Origin: Botryllus schlosseri
Taxonomy: Eukaryota
Assembly (NCBI GenBank): GCA_051294905.1
Contig: CM119372.1
Span: 10,728,001-10,788,000, forward strand
Direction: 5' to 3'
DNA length: 60,000 bases
The notes under the pieces are model-generated. The model had not been told where the DNA came from, did not search any database, and saw nothing but the letters and a program-made list of their open reading frames with translations. Every line of letters starts with the position of its first letter. Position 1 is the first letter of the stretch. Positions 12,944-28,339 of the stretch are shown one piece after another. A program made the translations under genes and the position numbers.

Positions 12944-13846
12944 GCCTAGGCCAAGGTGGGTGTCAGATTCCATAGACTACTCCTTGTCGCTTCGACATCT
13001 TCCTGTCTTTTCATTGTATCGCATTTTTGTGGTGTATAGAACTGATAAAATTGCTAATAAACCAATGATGACCATTGACCAATGATGATGACCAATATAC
13101 ACTCAGTTATATATCCATGGTCGAATGCCTTGCAAGACGTGGCACCATAAAGACGAAGCCTAAATTTGCAGAGAGCATTCTTGCCTACAGGGATTATAGG
13201 CTAGGGTGGAGTGAAAAATAACAATGTTTGAATTTCGAAAAAGTGTCTTGATATGTGGTGCCAAATAACAAATAAATTCTGTCATAATTTTGGGTTCGTA
13301 CACCCTCTAGTGGTCGTGCAATTTCACCGAACGAGCTAAAAATAGCTAATATCGCCATATCTTGATATAATCACTTACACTAGAAAGCCAGTTTAGGGCT
13401 TAAAAGTTGCAGAAGCTACATTTTTCTATCTCACTTCCCCTTAAAAATGAACATAAAAAAGTTACAAGCAAATTACTGATTTTATAGGTAAAATTATGCA
13501 CTGAAGCAGTGGGTAGGATGCACTGAGCTATATAAACAGGTAGGATGTCGAAAGCGTGCATGGTGATTGATTTTTTGACGGAGCGACATACCCCATCAAT
13601 TACTAATTTTCAAAACTTGTTCAAACAAATTAAGCTCCTTCCAAGTATAAATTGTGCTCCGGCATCGAATAGTGAATTTTAAAATTGCATTTAAAACGGC
13701 GTTCATCGGTAGTGCGGCCTCGCGATATCAAGCTTTAAACAGCGGCCATCAAGAGACTTCTTGCCAATATGCTGTTGTAGAGTTTGTATGACATTTATCA
13801 CGAAGCTCCTGATTGAAAACCCAAAAATTGGAAATCCACATTCAAA

Positions 13847-14841
13847 CAGTGATGGGATGACTCGAGTCATGACTTGACTCGAGTCAGACTCGAGTCAACT
13901 TTTTCGTATGACTTGACTTGACTCGAGTCACTTTGCAAAAATGACTTGACTTGACTTGACTCGGCGCTTCAGAAATGTAGATTGACTCGTGACTCGAAGC
14001 AAAATTTACGAGTCAATTTCAAGTCATTAAGTGAACGGTGTCAATTAAATCACACTATCTTATGTACGTTCGGGTTATTCGCGATACGCCGGTGCCACTT
14101 GTGAGAGCAACCAGTCATTCACTGATTGTACGTTTCACTGATCCTCCATTGTTACATCACAAATACGTCGACCGCAAACGAAACGATCACAGCTTACGTT
14201 GTTGTAGAGTAGCAGTAGATTAATGAAATAGAAACGTATCTTTGTTTCAGACGGCTCGGTGCTTATATTGCGCAGTGCTCACCTTTACCAACACTCTTGT
14301 ATGATTTAAATCGAATGAATATATAGTTTATGCGTTTATATTCTCACGGATGTGTAGATGGGTTGTGTATTGACCATATCAATTTGTTCAACTTGTCGAG
14401 GCTTCGTATTCGATCCTCTATGTTGGCTGATAAGAACATGCTATATCAGTGTATCATGTAGCTATATATAGTGACTCAATTATTTTATTAGGAATTCTTC
14501 GTGTGCCTGAGCGTTACAGCACCTTTTTGCATGTATATTTAACTTTATATTCGTTATTTGATTCAAGATAGATGGCGAAATAATCTGTCATTCACCCAGT
14601 TAGCAAAATGTATTGACTTTGCATCAACACTCATACTTGGAAAATTCAATTTGACTTGAATTGTGACTTGACTCGTGACTTGACTTGACTCGACTTGACT
14701 CGAGTCACCTCGAAAAAACGAGTGACTTGACTTGACTCGAGTCATCTTTGAAAATCGATTGACTTGACTTGACTCGAGTCAAAATGTGCAATGACTCGAA
14801 ATGACTCGTGACTCGAAGGTAGTGAATTGATCCCAACACTG
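13847..14841. mobile_element. hAT-like non-autonomous element with GACTT / GACTCGAGTC arrays
   Basis: TIRs cagtgatgggat / atcccaacactg and TSD cattcaaa (13839-13846, 14842-14849). It lies downstream of a TAGGGTGGAGTG-type end at 13202. Confidence 0.85.
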
Positions 14842-16146
14842 CATTCAAAACACAGACATCAATTCTTTATTGGAAACATAAAAAGTTTGCAGTATCACAG
14901 AGTATCGGTTGTTTAGTACTGAAAGATTTCATCTGCTTTCGAGACTTTGATACCTGGAATTTGGAAGAATCTGATGCCGGTGTCAATGTTGCTGTTTAGG
15001 TTTGGTGTCATATTGTAGATTTATCATACGTCCTCCGTTAGGTTGGATTTGTAGTCATTTCTCAGGTTTTTGAATATGGCCTATTTTAGAGCAAGGATAA
15101 TAGACAGTTTCGAGTAAAAATTGGCATAAATGACGCTATATAGCGAAGGCCGTCCGAACGGGAATAGTTTTTTTTAGTCTACTCACCAAATTTTACAGGT
15201 TTTCAGTTTTGATCAAAGAATTTTTCTGATTCGGTAAAAATGTCCTCCTTTACAGATTTTAAAATATGGTAACCCTAGCATATTAGTCGTAATCTGGCGC
15301 TGGCCCTGCATATGCGTTGTGAAGGATATTTAATTGGAAACGCGGACGTAGATATTTGTTTTATTATTAAGCCGCGATTCCGGTTTGTATCATGTCTTGG
15401 GATCTCATTGGGTCGAAAGTGACACAGCAGTACGACCATAGGTATTTCAACTATATATTCGCGCAACCAATATATTTTCTACGTAAACGGCATATTACGG
15501 TTTTGAATTGGCGTTTTCGCTTCTGTGAAGGACTACTTCTGGGTCTATATTTGTAAAACCTATGAACTTTGTGCGCACTTTTTGTCCCTTGGAAATTGGA
15601 TGCCAATTTCACCGATTTGGTACTAGTGGTAACGAGAGTACAACTACAGCGCCGTAGCCGGGTTATTATAATGGGGCCTGTGAACAGGGAACTATTTCCT
15701 GCAAAACTTTTTACAAATTTGCTAGAAACGTAAGAATTTTTCAATCTACTCAGAATTGCTTCGCAGGCCGGATGCGACTAAATATGTTTGATACACCTGA
15801 TCTAGTGTTTTTACGAGCCTCGAGTGGCGGCAACAGTGACTCGTATTTATCAAGTAGAAATTGCTTGCAATTCGACCTAGTCTAGTCATTGTGCTCCTGC
15901 ACTTCAATGTAATAGTGAAAGGGGTGTACTACTAAGGAGCACAAGCCCTGCTGTCTTCTTCACGAACGATTACACGTTCGCATTTCGATAACGAAGTGAC
16001 GCAACTGGCAACCGAACATGCCTACATCAGCTATGACGCATAAAACAGATAATGCGATACCGACAATGCACCATCATCTTATTACCCCCCCCCCCCCACA
16101 AATCAATAATGCGTATTCAGGAGTGAAGTATATATATTGATCATGT

Positions 16147-18454
<2,308 letters not shown>

Positions 18455-18490
18455 CCTTGCGCGTCCACAGCTCACAGCAAAAAGAATCAG
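18455..18490 (-). promoter_or_regulatory. Pyrimidine-rich initiator / 5'TOP leader of RPL27A
   Basis: Minus strand reads ctgattCTTTTTgctgtgagctgtggacgcgcaaggATG|gtagg. A C-started oligopyrimidine ~30 nt before the ATG is typical of ribosomal protein genes. Confidence 0.65.
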
Positions 18491-19171
18491 ACACACTGAA
18501 ATCGCTACAACGATTTGATTGGTGGCAGATAGTCAGTGAACCATAACGAATATTGGTCATTCCAAGATCCAGATCCATCCACTGACGAATGCTCGCTGAC
18601 TAAACTAATTTATTCGATTTGGTATCACTTCGAGATACCACAAGATTGCGATGAAATGTTAAGATAAGAAAGCGGTTAAACTATTTGGTGAAGTACATCA
18701 ATCAAACACCAACCTTTCCCGACAGAAAGTGTAATGAATACACTGTATGTACACTGAATGTTCATTTCAGTTTATTGATCATTTCATCAGTTCAAAAGAC
18801 CACAAGATTACAACACTGTTGAAACATAAAATAGAGTCGAAATATTGTGAGGCAATCAAACACTCACCTTGGCCTCAAGATACATAATAATAAAAAGAAG
18901 GACATGTAAGATACGAGGCATCTCACAGAATGAAAAAGAACAAGTGAAAACTTTAAATGGACTGGCAGTGAAACATGACAGTAATTCCAGATAATGCTTG
19001 GTGAAGGATCTTCTAATTTAATCAAGCTTTATTCGCTGTTTATTTAGATTCTCGATATGTGATATTTCGGAGCCATGAATACGATTGTGGAGCCGCAATG
19101 TATGATATTTAATGTGGTACTGAATTGTACATTTTAGTGAGCACCTTGCACATGTCTCTCGTATTGTTGAC

Positions 19172-19973
19172 CAGGGTTGCCAGAATGGCCCTTTCGGGGC
19201 CAAATTCGTGAAATTTGGCCCTTTTTAGAGGCAGTTGGCCCCAAAATAATAATTTGGCCCCTTGGCCCTTTATTTTCAATTTTTCGCCCTTTTTGGAAGC
19301 AGTTGAGACATACCGTCAAACTAAGTATTCAAATAAATCTATCTTGCAAATTGAGCTGACAATGTTTATACCAATGTCAAAGATTCGAGTGGAAACACTG
19401 TGGAAGATTTGGATTTGTTTTTGTAGAATGTAGACTGTGTTGGAATTGTAAATACAGATTTGTGAACAGGTGGACGAAAAAGCATCGAACATAGATGGAA
19501 GCTATCTAGCAGAAAAAGTCTGAAGAAGAGCACCCTTATAGTACTTAATGATTGATAGAAATTTCAAAGAAAAAAATGCAACATAACCGTAGAGATTTTT
19601 GGTGAAAAACCTAAAAATTAGGTATATATATTAAGTTGGATAAGTTTCAAATGTAAAGAAACTATTCTCTCAATGTTTATTGAAAATTCATAAAATTTAA
19701 TCACTCTCATATTATAGCACAAAAGTTTTATTTTACGATTTTATATTCAGTCGGAAAAGGCTTGAAACAATGAAGCAGTTATTGCAGTTGGATCCAGTGT
19801 AGTTGCAGGTAGTGGATTTGGTGTCCTACAACAGTATCAACAATATAAAACTGGAATTCCAGGTGTCTATGGGTAATGTTAACGTTATTGACGTTATTGA
19901 ACAATTTGGCCCTTTTTGGCCCCTTTTCCGGCGCTGTTTGGCCCTTTTTCGCAAAAGATGTCTGGCAACCCTG
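19172..19973. mobile_element. hAT-like non-autonomous element between RPL27A and EIF3M
   Basis: TIRs cagggttgccaga / tctggcaaccctg, TSD ttgttgac (19164-19171, 19974-19981), and TTGGCCC subterminal repeats. Confidence 0.88.
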
Positions 19974-20202
19974 TTGTTGACATGTCATCTCAATCTCATA
20001 CTCGTATAAGTTTTAGTATGATACATATTTTACATGGACGATTGCTAAATTGTAGCATAGCGTCGTCACTACTTGTTCGGATTAAGTGAAGGACTGACGA
20101 ATGTTTTTACAGGTTCAATCATCATTTTGAACGGATCATAGAGACGCAGTGATAGCTATTAACATAACGACATTAATCTCACAAAGTTGCTGATCGAAGA
20201 AC

Positions 20203-23200
20203 ATGAGCGTTCCTGCATTCATTGACCTGCCTCCCGCCGAACAGGTACGTGCGGTACATATAAGTGCAGGGAAAATATTTGGCTCTTTTCCCTTTTAAGG
20301 CAAAGGAGCTGAGGGAATATTTAATAATCCTTGGTGCTGATATAGACAAGGAGAATACCGGCAAGGTCGATTTATATGACGATGTCCACGATATTATCAA
20401 CGCCATCGAATCGCTTTGGAAAACAACTGATGACCGAGGTGAGCAAGGTTCTCTGCTTTTTGAATTTGTTTTAGCTGGAATATATCCAAGCCTGCTCAAG
20501 GGTCAAGGTGAGTTTACGTCCATACAAGATTATAATCTGGCACTTATTCGTTATTCCCCTCCCACACATCCAGAAGTGATCACCATGAAGCCAATGAATA
20601 TTTCCCATGAACATATGAAAATTTACAAACGTCAAAATGAACTGTTTTTTGCGTCAGGATTAGGGCTGAGGGAATATTAGAGTCGGGGGTAAGGGAATAT
20701 TGGCACTTCTTCGATAGTAGGTAGACATCGAAAAGTGTTCACCATCATCACCAATGAATGTTTTCCATGAACACGAACAAAAATTTATAAACGTCAAAAT
20801 ATATTGTTTTTGCGTTTGGAGAGGGTTAGGGTCAAAGTTGGGTTTAGGGTATCCCAGGATGGGAGGGGGAATATTAGGGTTGAGGTTAGGGGGATATTAG
20901 GGTTGTGGGAGGGGGGATATTAGGGTTGTGGGAGGGGGATATTAGGGTTGGGGTTAGGGGGATATTAGGGTTGCGGGAAGGGGATATTAGGGTTGGGGTT
21001 AGGGGTATATTAGGGTTGTGGGAGGGGGATATTAGGGTTGGGGTTAGGGGGATATTAGGGTTGCGGGAGGGTGATATTGGGGTTAGGGGGATATTAGGGT
21101 TGCGGGAGGGGGATATTAGGATTGGGGTTAGGGGTATATTAGGGTTGTGGGAGGGGGATATTAGCGTTGTGGGAGGGGGATATTAGGGTTGCGGGAGGGG
21201 GGATATTAGGGTTGTGGGAGGGGGATGTTGGGGTTAAGGTATATTAGGGCTGTGGAAGAGGAGATATTAGGGTTGGGTGAAAGGGAGATTGGAGGTGGTT
21301 AAACACCGGTTAGGGGTAATCTAACACCAACCCTAATATCCCCCTAACTCCAACCTCATATCTCCCTCCCGCAACCCTAATATCCCCCTAATCCTAACCC
21401 TCTTATCCCCCCTTCCAAAACCCTAATATCCCCCTCCCGCAACCCTAATATCCTCTATCCCGCAACCCTAATATCCCCCTTCCTAATCTTGGGATACCTA
21501 ACCCCAACTTTGACCCTATACCACCTCCCATCCCCCTCTCCTCAAACCTTAATATCCCTCTTTTTCCAAACCCTAATATCCCCCTTCCCATAACCCTAAT
21601 TTCCCCCACGCCTAACATCCCCTCCCAAGCCCTCCCCGATCCTAATACCCCCCCAAACCGGACCCTAATATCCGCCTCTCCAAAGACACAAAAAACAACA
21701 ATTCATTTTGGCGTTTATAAATTTTTATTCATGTTCATGGGAAACATTTATTGGTGATCATGATGAACACTTTTCGATGTCTACCTACTATCGAAGAAGT
21801 GCCGGAATATTAGGGTCGGGGTGGGAGATATTAGGGTTGTGGAAGGGGGTATATTAGGCCAGACTGGAATCGGTGGTTGTTTTCGACAACATGTTGTGCG
21901 TGACAGACGGATTTCTCGCGTGATTGGAAAATTTCATCCGCGTGACGGAAATATTTTTCGCTCTGATTCGATACTGATTAACTTATTAAACGACACAATG
22001 TGCTAAAATAGACCTGGTATACGCCGGACTAGGGTTACGCCGTGTACTCGCTGCTGCGCAAATGCCAGGCTTGCTTGCGTTCATTGTAAAGCGGAAAAGC
22101 GCAAGGACCTTATTCTGGACTCTGGTATCGCTTTGTGACGTCAGCATAATTCATTAATCGGCGTGATCAGATATAAATGCTCGCATGACGTTGCCACCGA
22201 TTCCACTTTGGGTATTAGGGTGGGTTAGGATATCCTAGGATTAGGATTGGGGATATTACGCTCGGGAGATATTAGGTTTGGGGAATGGGGTTGACTGGGT
22301 TGGTTCTATACCAATACCGAGAAAACCATTACCGAGAATGTACATTACCGAGAATGCCATTACCGAGAATGTACATTACCGAGAATTGACATTACTGAGA
22401 ATGGTCATTGCCGAGAATAGACACCACCGAGAATGGACATTACCGAGAATGGCCAATGTCAGGAATATAGCTTACTGGGACTGACGTTGTCGAGAAATTT
22501 ATACCTGAGCATCGATACCGAATGTGGCAACGCCGTGATGCACTCACACGACCTGTGCATATGCATAACATGTCTGCATTGCATATATTGCATTCTCGGT
22601 AATGTCCATTCTTGGTGGTGTACATTCTCGGTTATGTCCATTCTCTGTGGTGTCCATTCTCGGTAATGTCCATTCTCGGTAATGTCCATTCTCTGTGGTG
22701 TCCATTCTCGGTAATGTCCATTCTCGGTGGCGTCCATTCTCGGTAATGGCATTCTCGGTAATGGCATTCTCGGTAATGGTTTTCTCTGTATTGACCGGAC
22801 ACCGGCTGGGTTAGGGTCAAGGTTGGGGTTAAGATATCCTAAGATTAGAGTTGCAGGACGGGGGTACTAGGGTAGGGTTCTAACCCCAACCTTGACCCTA
22901 ATATCTCCCGACCCTAATATCCCAAACCCTAATCTTGGGATATCCCAACCCCAACGTTGACCTTAACCCACTCTAATACCCCCCTCCCCCATCCCTAATA
23001 TCCGTCTACCCCACCCCAACGCGAAAAAACAATTTATTTTGACGTTTATAAATTTTCACATGTTCATCGGAAACATTTATTGGTGTCATGGGAATCATTT
23101 TGCGATGTGTTGGGAATAACGAAGAAGTGCCTATAATCTTATCTGCCCTTACAATGTAAGTCTTACATGATAAATGTCATCCACTTAATAGTATAGGCAA

Positions 23201-26200
23201 TGCTGTCAATCTGGCATTGATCTCGTCACATCGCAAGCCCTATCTGCAGAAAATATATACCGAGATTCCACCCAGGGATTGATATTCAAGTTCAACGACT
23301 ATACTTAAAGGGGCACTGCACTCTGAATATGATGTGGTCTCAAATTTAAGATAAACTCGAGAAAAATTCTTGGCAGCAGCCGTTTTCTCCAGAAAGTCAA
23401 TGTAATGGAGCTGCAGCTAAGCAAAAACTCCACCTATGCCCATTCCATGCAGTTTGATAAATAGTGTTCAATGTTGGCGCGCCTGCGAGTCCGCTGCTTA
23501 ACTCGTTGCGAAATTGCTGGCACGATATCGATATCTTCATTTTCATTGCTGGACCTGGTTTCTCGACGCAAACTCTATAATTCCAATCTGATCATTTCTT
23601 TGGGTAGTGAATGGAAATATATAAGTTACTTGGTTTGCTATAAATGATGCAACACCACAGACTTTCATTGCAACTTGCAATACATAGGCATTTATGTACA
23701 ATCACCATACTGGCGAGATCCGTTGTACACTACCGGTAGCCTACTCTGCTGTGCGTTCTGATCTGATGGGTTCACTCGCTCAATTTGCTGATGATGCAGC
23801 AGTAAGGACTCTTATTGCAACCATTTCAAGTACAATATATTATTATAATAAACATATGTATGATAATCATCACCTTATACTGGTCGAGTCGAGGTTCAAG
23901 TGTAGGCTACCGGTTTTACGTGCTGTGCCTTCTGATTGGATAGGGAATTAATATAGATGCATACACATTTACGCATCAAATGTTTCCCACGCACTACATA
24001 AAGAAATGATTTTACTATAATATGGAGGTCGCGTCGAGCAATTGCCAGTGAAGATATTGTGCCAGCAATGTCGCAACTAGTTGAGCAGCGGAGACGCTCA
24101 GCCGCGCCACCATTGAACACTATTAATGGAACTGGTGAGGAATGGGGATAGATGTAATTTTCACGTAGCTGCAGCTCCATTACGGTGACTTCCTGAAGAA
24201 AAAGGCTGCAGCCAAAAATTTTCCCCCGATTTTATCTTCAAATTGAGACCACATCATATTTATAGTGCAGTGCCCCTCTAACTTGAATCCTGGTTTTGAA
24301 TATTACTATTTTGTTTTGATATTGTGGTTTTTGATTGATTGGTAATTTGAACTATATTGGGAAATTGAGCGGTTTGCAGCATTAAGTGGAAAAGTAGGCC
24401 TACTACATTCTTCAATTTATAATGATACCGGTATTGAGATAGTGGTAGTAGTAGTCCCCACTGGAATCTCGGTACGGTACGTTTGGGAAGCAGTAAATGT
24501 GAATCCATTGACAGTTGACACCACATGCTGATTTCTTGCTTGTGGTGATCCTGTTGAATATAGTTGACATCCTTCTTTCACAGATATCGAAGGAGTTATC
24601 AATAGTATATTGTCACTACTGTTTGTCATTCCGACAAATTGTGCTCCGTTGATAAAGATGCTATGTGAACAGCTGATGAAAGTTGCAGATTCGGGAAGAG
24701 CTCAGCTTAGTATGCGACTGTAAGTTTGTCGATTTTCTATCATTTTCATTCATTTCCTCAACGGTTCAAGCTGAGAAAAGTTTGTAGAATCGGGGTCCAT
24801 TGATGACTTGGGCCCTTTGTGTGCACAAATTAGTTTTAAGGGTAGCAAACCATCCAGGAGGTTAATTAATATGTCGCTTCAATGCTTTCTCTGTAATTGG
24901 TGGAGTTCCGAAGCTATATTAAGAACTCTCGTTAGTTTGCAAAGCATTAGGCCTACCATACCGAATTTTAAAAAAATCATAAATGTGAGCATATCCTCTT
25001 CTAGTAAATCGATCTATTGCTACTATAATTCCCTTTAAGATCGTTTAGGCCTAAGTCTGTGAGACGGTACAGTTGTTTCGTTATATATTATGGGAGTTGA
25101 TGCTCGTAAAAGATGAAGAACACCTCTCATGAAGTATCGAATAAGGAAATGCTGTTTTGACTTGGAAGTACCGTACTTTGTTTCAGAACTTCTATTTTTT
25201 TCAGTCTACACAATTTCTTCCATGGTTATGACATAAAAACCCCATTCCTTTATGACACATACTGCACATGGCTCAAAGTTGCTTCGGTAAATGGGAATGT
25301 AGGTGCTGTTCCAACCGATTTGAAAAAGGTATAAACAATGGAATAATGTGGCCTTGGCATATTTGCTAATACTAGTATCCAAAAACAGGTGAATTCATGG
25401 ATGGATGCCTGGAATTGTACCTCTGATCAAAGGCATGACCTTTTACGTATGCTATATGATGCCCAAATACAAAGTGGGAAGCATAGTGAGGCTGCTAGCA
25501 CCATGATCAGCCTGCTGAGTGACTTCACGGAAGAGAACGCTTCTCAAGCACAGACAGACGCTCACAGGTTCATTTCCATCATAATTATTATTGTCTGTTG
25601 CTTTGATTTCTTATATATGTTCATTGTTCATAGATGCATCGTACGAGCACTAGAAGACAATGACACGTATTTATATGATCATCTTCTAACTCTCAAGCCA
25701 GTCAAGTCCCTGGAAGGAGAGCCAATCCATAGTGTAAATATGATCTTATTTTAATTTCGACTGACACGCACTGAACTCAACTTATGAATCTGTCACTGTC
25801 GTCTTAGTACGGAATCGTTGTCATTTTGCCATATGACATGCATTTTAACAACATTCATATTTCATGAACAGCCATATTTTCCAATATTGATTTGTTTTCC
25901 AGTTGCTTATGATATATTCAAGAGGCAAACTTCAAGATTATCAAAAATTTTACGCCGAAAATCAAAAATTCGTGGAAGAAATAGGTGAGGATGTTGTGCT
26001 GGTGAAATTTTTGTGAATTGCGACTATGTACTTAAACTTACCACTGTGCAATGGTCTTCCTTAGTAAGTAGAGCACGGTTACAATGGTGGACCCTCTTGC
26101 AATGTGCAGAGTTATACATCTGTTCCAGATCACTCAGCACGATTGAGCACTATGATAATGTTATTGTTGACCCTGTCCTGCTTCATTTGACTACTTTTTC

Positions 26201-28161
26201 ACTTCGGAATCTAATGCACTTAAGTACAATACACGTTCGTCCTACCATAAAATAGGTAGGAAGTATATTAAGACTAAACACTCAATCAAGATAGAGGGGT
26301 CCGAATTGTGCAACTGTAAGGTTACTAACTTACGGATATATACGCATATACTCAACTCCCACAGAGCCCGTCGTAACACTTGGGCAAGCAGTCTCTCTTA
26401 TTACTGAGCAATAGAACTGTTCAAAAATAACTTTTTTCCCAGATTCCAGCCATTCACTGATTAAATTGTCAGGTTACCCTAAAAAACGCTGCACACCAAA
26501 TTTGGTTCAATTCCAACAAGTATAAGACTCGGCAGATTTCATTAAAAATTTTCATTTATTAGGGAAAATTGAAAAAAAAAAATTTCAAATTTTTTTATCA
26601 ACCCTATAAAATTGTTGACCTGTCTTCAAAGACGATGCAAAACAAATTTGAGTCAATTCCAACGAGTATGAGTGTAGTTATTTGAGTTTTTCGTTGATAA
26701 TTCTCGGATTATCCTTGATTGGTGGATAATCCGAGGATTATCAAGGAAAAACTCCAATAACTCCGGTTCTACTAGTTGGAATTGAGTCAAATTTGTTTTG
26801 CATCGTCTCTGAAGACAGCTCAACAATTTTATAGGGTTGATAAAAAAATTTGAAAATATTATTTTTTTAACTTCCCTGTATAAATTAAAAAATTTAATTG
26901 GATCTGAGGAGCCCTATACTTGTTAGAATTGAACCAAATTTGGTGTGCAGCGTTTTTTAGGGTAACCTGACAATTTAATCAGTGAATGGCTGGAATCTGG
27001 GAAAAAAGTTATTTTTGAACTGCCCTACTGAGCAATCTAAATTCAGCTTAATTTGTAGTGCTATAGCTGGCGACGCGAGCGCTGAAAATTAATGAAGCTG
27101 GCCCTCAAAGTCGGAAAATTGTCATTGCTCGGAACAATCGCTTGACGAAATTGGCCATTGTTATGTTCATTGTGTTCCGGCACTGCCATTGTTGGAACAA
27201 TGCCGATTTTCAGACTTTCAGGGCGGTTTTGGGGTGGCGCCATTGCCCTGACAAGATTTTAATTTATATTTTCGGTATCAGTGCGACACTAGCTTTCGAT
27301 TAAGACCGGTATATTAAATTCCAATGCTCGGGTCACCAGTTATAGCACTACCAATTATGCTGCTTTTAGATCGCACAGTAGTAAAAGAGATCGCTAGCCC
27401 AAGCGTAACCACTGGGAGTTGCGTGTATACTGTATATCCGTAGGGTAGTAATCTATAGTGCAACCATATACTGCCAGACTCCTTCCTTTCGTTTCATTGT
27501 ATTGCAATTTTGGTCGTATCTTCAACTGACAGAAATGGTAATAATATGAATGATTGCAGTATTGTTTGTCGAAACTCCTTTTGCCGTCGAGAGCAAATAT
27601 GTTGGGTCTCTATACTGTCACCACACTACTTGCTGGCTGCAGATTTTTATCCTGCTGCTATTGTATTTGGGAATAGGCAATCTAGCACCCGTATTTCATT
27701 GCCAACATTTCTACAGGCTTGGATCATGAGCAGTGCATCAGAAAAATTCGACTTCTGACACTGATTGATGTGGTCAGCAGTTGCAACGAAGCTGCTTTCA
27801 AGGATATCGAATCTGAGTTGCAGCTTGGTGAAGACGACTTGGAGGAATTTATTATTCATGGTAACTTTTGAATTCAACATTTGCCACTGTAAACTACACT
27901 TTCATTTTGCAGCAATTCAAAGTAAACTCATTACTGGAAAAATAGATCACTTGAATAGAAAGCTTGTTGTCAGGTATTACATATGCATTACCCGTAATGT
28001 ATGTGGCGTATAAGTAACATCGCTATTTAAATTTTAGTCATACTACCCCACGTACGTTCAGAAGAGATCAATGGCAAATGTTGTCGGAACGGTTACTGGA
28101 ATGGAAGAGCAATCTAACTGGTGCTCATGCACGACTCTCAACCATAGACCCCGTTTCTTGA
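20203..28161 (+). CDS. EIF3M: Eukaryotic translation initiation factor 3 subunit M (PCI domain), 376 aa
   Basis: Exons 20203-20244, 20300-20438, 24584-24719, 25205-25328, 25389-25567, 25634-25733, 25903-25984, 27717-27860, 27913-27973 and 28038-28161 (1131 nt) give MSVPAFIDL...FTEENASQAQTDAHRCIVRAL...YDHLLTLKPVKSLEGEPIH...KIRLLTL...KIDHLNRKLVVSHTTPRTF... Confidence 0.95.
20702..21803. mobile_element. Related Merlin-like element nested in 20539-23131, with G-rich (GGGGATATTAGGGTT)n then C-rich mirror
   Basis: Long TIRs ggcacttcttcgatagtaggtagacatcgaaaagtgttca / tgaacacttttcgatgtctacctactatcgaagaagtgcc and TSD ggaatatt (20694-20701, 21804-21811). Confidence 0.85.
22302..22803. mobile_element. 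MITE with inverted arrays of a 15-bp unit (cattaccgagaatgg), nested
   Basis: Left array on plus strand and right array as its reverse complement, with 9-bp TSD gactgggtt / ggctgggtt. Confidence 0.78.
23309..24277. mobile_element. Kolobok-like non-autonomous element
   Basis: TIRs aggggcactgcactctgaatatgatgtggtctc / gagaccacatcatatttatagtgcagtgcccct, flanked by ttaa / ctaa. Confidence 0.72.
26320..27453. mobile_element. Long-TIR non-autonomous element (possibly Kolobok-like) in EIF3M intron 7
   Basis: Ends aggttactaacttacggatata / tatatccgtagggtagtaatct with internal inverted similarity. A related sequence is at ~35413-35840. Confidence 0.6.
26412..27027. mobile_element. Near-perfect 616-bp palindromic foldback MITE
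   Basis: The arms mirror each other to a centre at ~26720 (ctcggattatcc...ggataatccgag). TSD ctgagcaa (26404-26411, 27028-27035). Confidence 0.88.
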
Positions 28162-28339
28162 ACATTGATTCGCAAGTGGAGTGGGAGGTATCATGTGGGT
28201 GTGTTGTTGATTTTGTGGAAGATTTGTTCGAGAACAGGAGATTCGTAATATTGTACAAGGATTTTGATGATGGGAATTTGAATTTATAAAGAGGAATGAC
28301 ACTTGTGGCGTATGATTGAAGGTTTGCTATCCTAACTAG

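Larger units (their letters stand above)
20539..23131. mobile_element. Merlin-like non-autonomous DNA transposon with telomere-like G/C-rich repeats (outer element)
   Basis: TIRs ggcacttattcgttattccc / gggaataacgaagaagtgcc and TSD tataatct (20531-20538, 23132-23139). The superfamily call rests only on the GG termini and 8-bp TSD. Confidence 0.75.

Noticed and set aside
18520..18800. Possible C/D-box snoRNA motifs (TGATGA / CTGA on the minus strand) upstream of RPL27A
   Set aside because: The boxes are not correctly spaced with a terminal stem, the region is outside the RPL27A transcript, and I recognised no rRNA complement.
20905..21186. Gly-rich repeat ORF (GILGLWEGDIRVGVR)n
   Set aside because: It is a translation of the G-rich tandem repeat inside a TSD-bounded transposon within an EIF3M intron.
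20820..21680. Head-to-head telomere fusion site
   Set aside because: The repeats are degenerate composite units enclosed by TIRs and a perfect TSD, so they belong to a transposon.
22318..22790. Regular 15-bp repeats and the repetitive ORFs they generate, superficially CRISPR-like or coding
   Set aside because: There are no unique spacers, and the arrays are inverted arms of a MITE with a 9-bp TSD in eukaryotic DNA.
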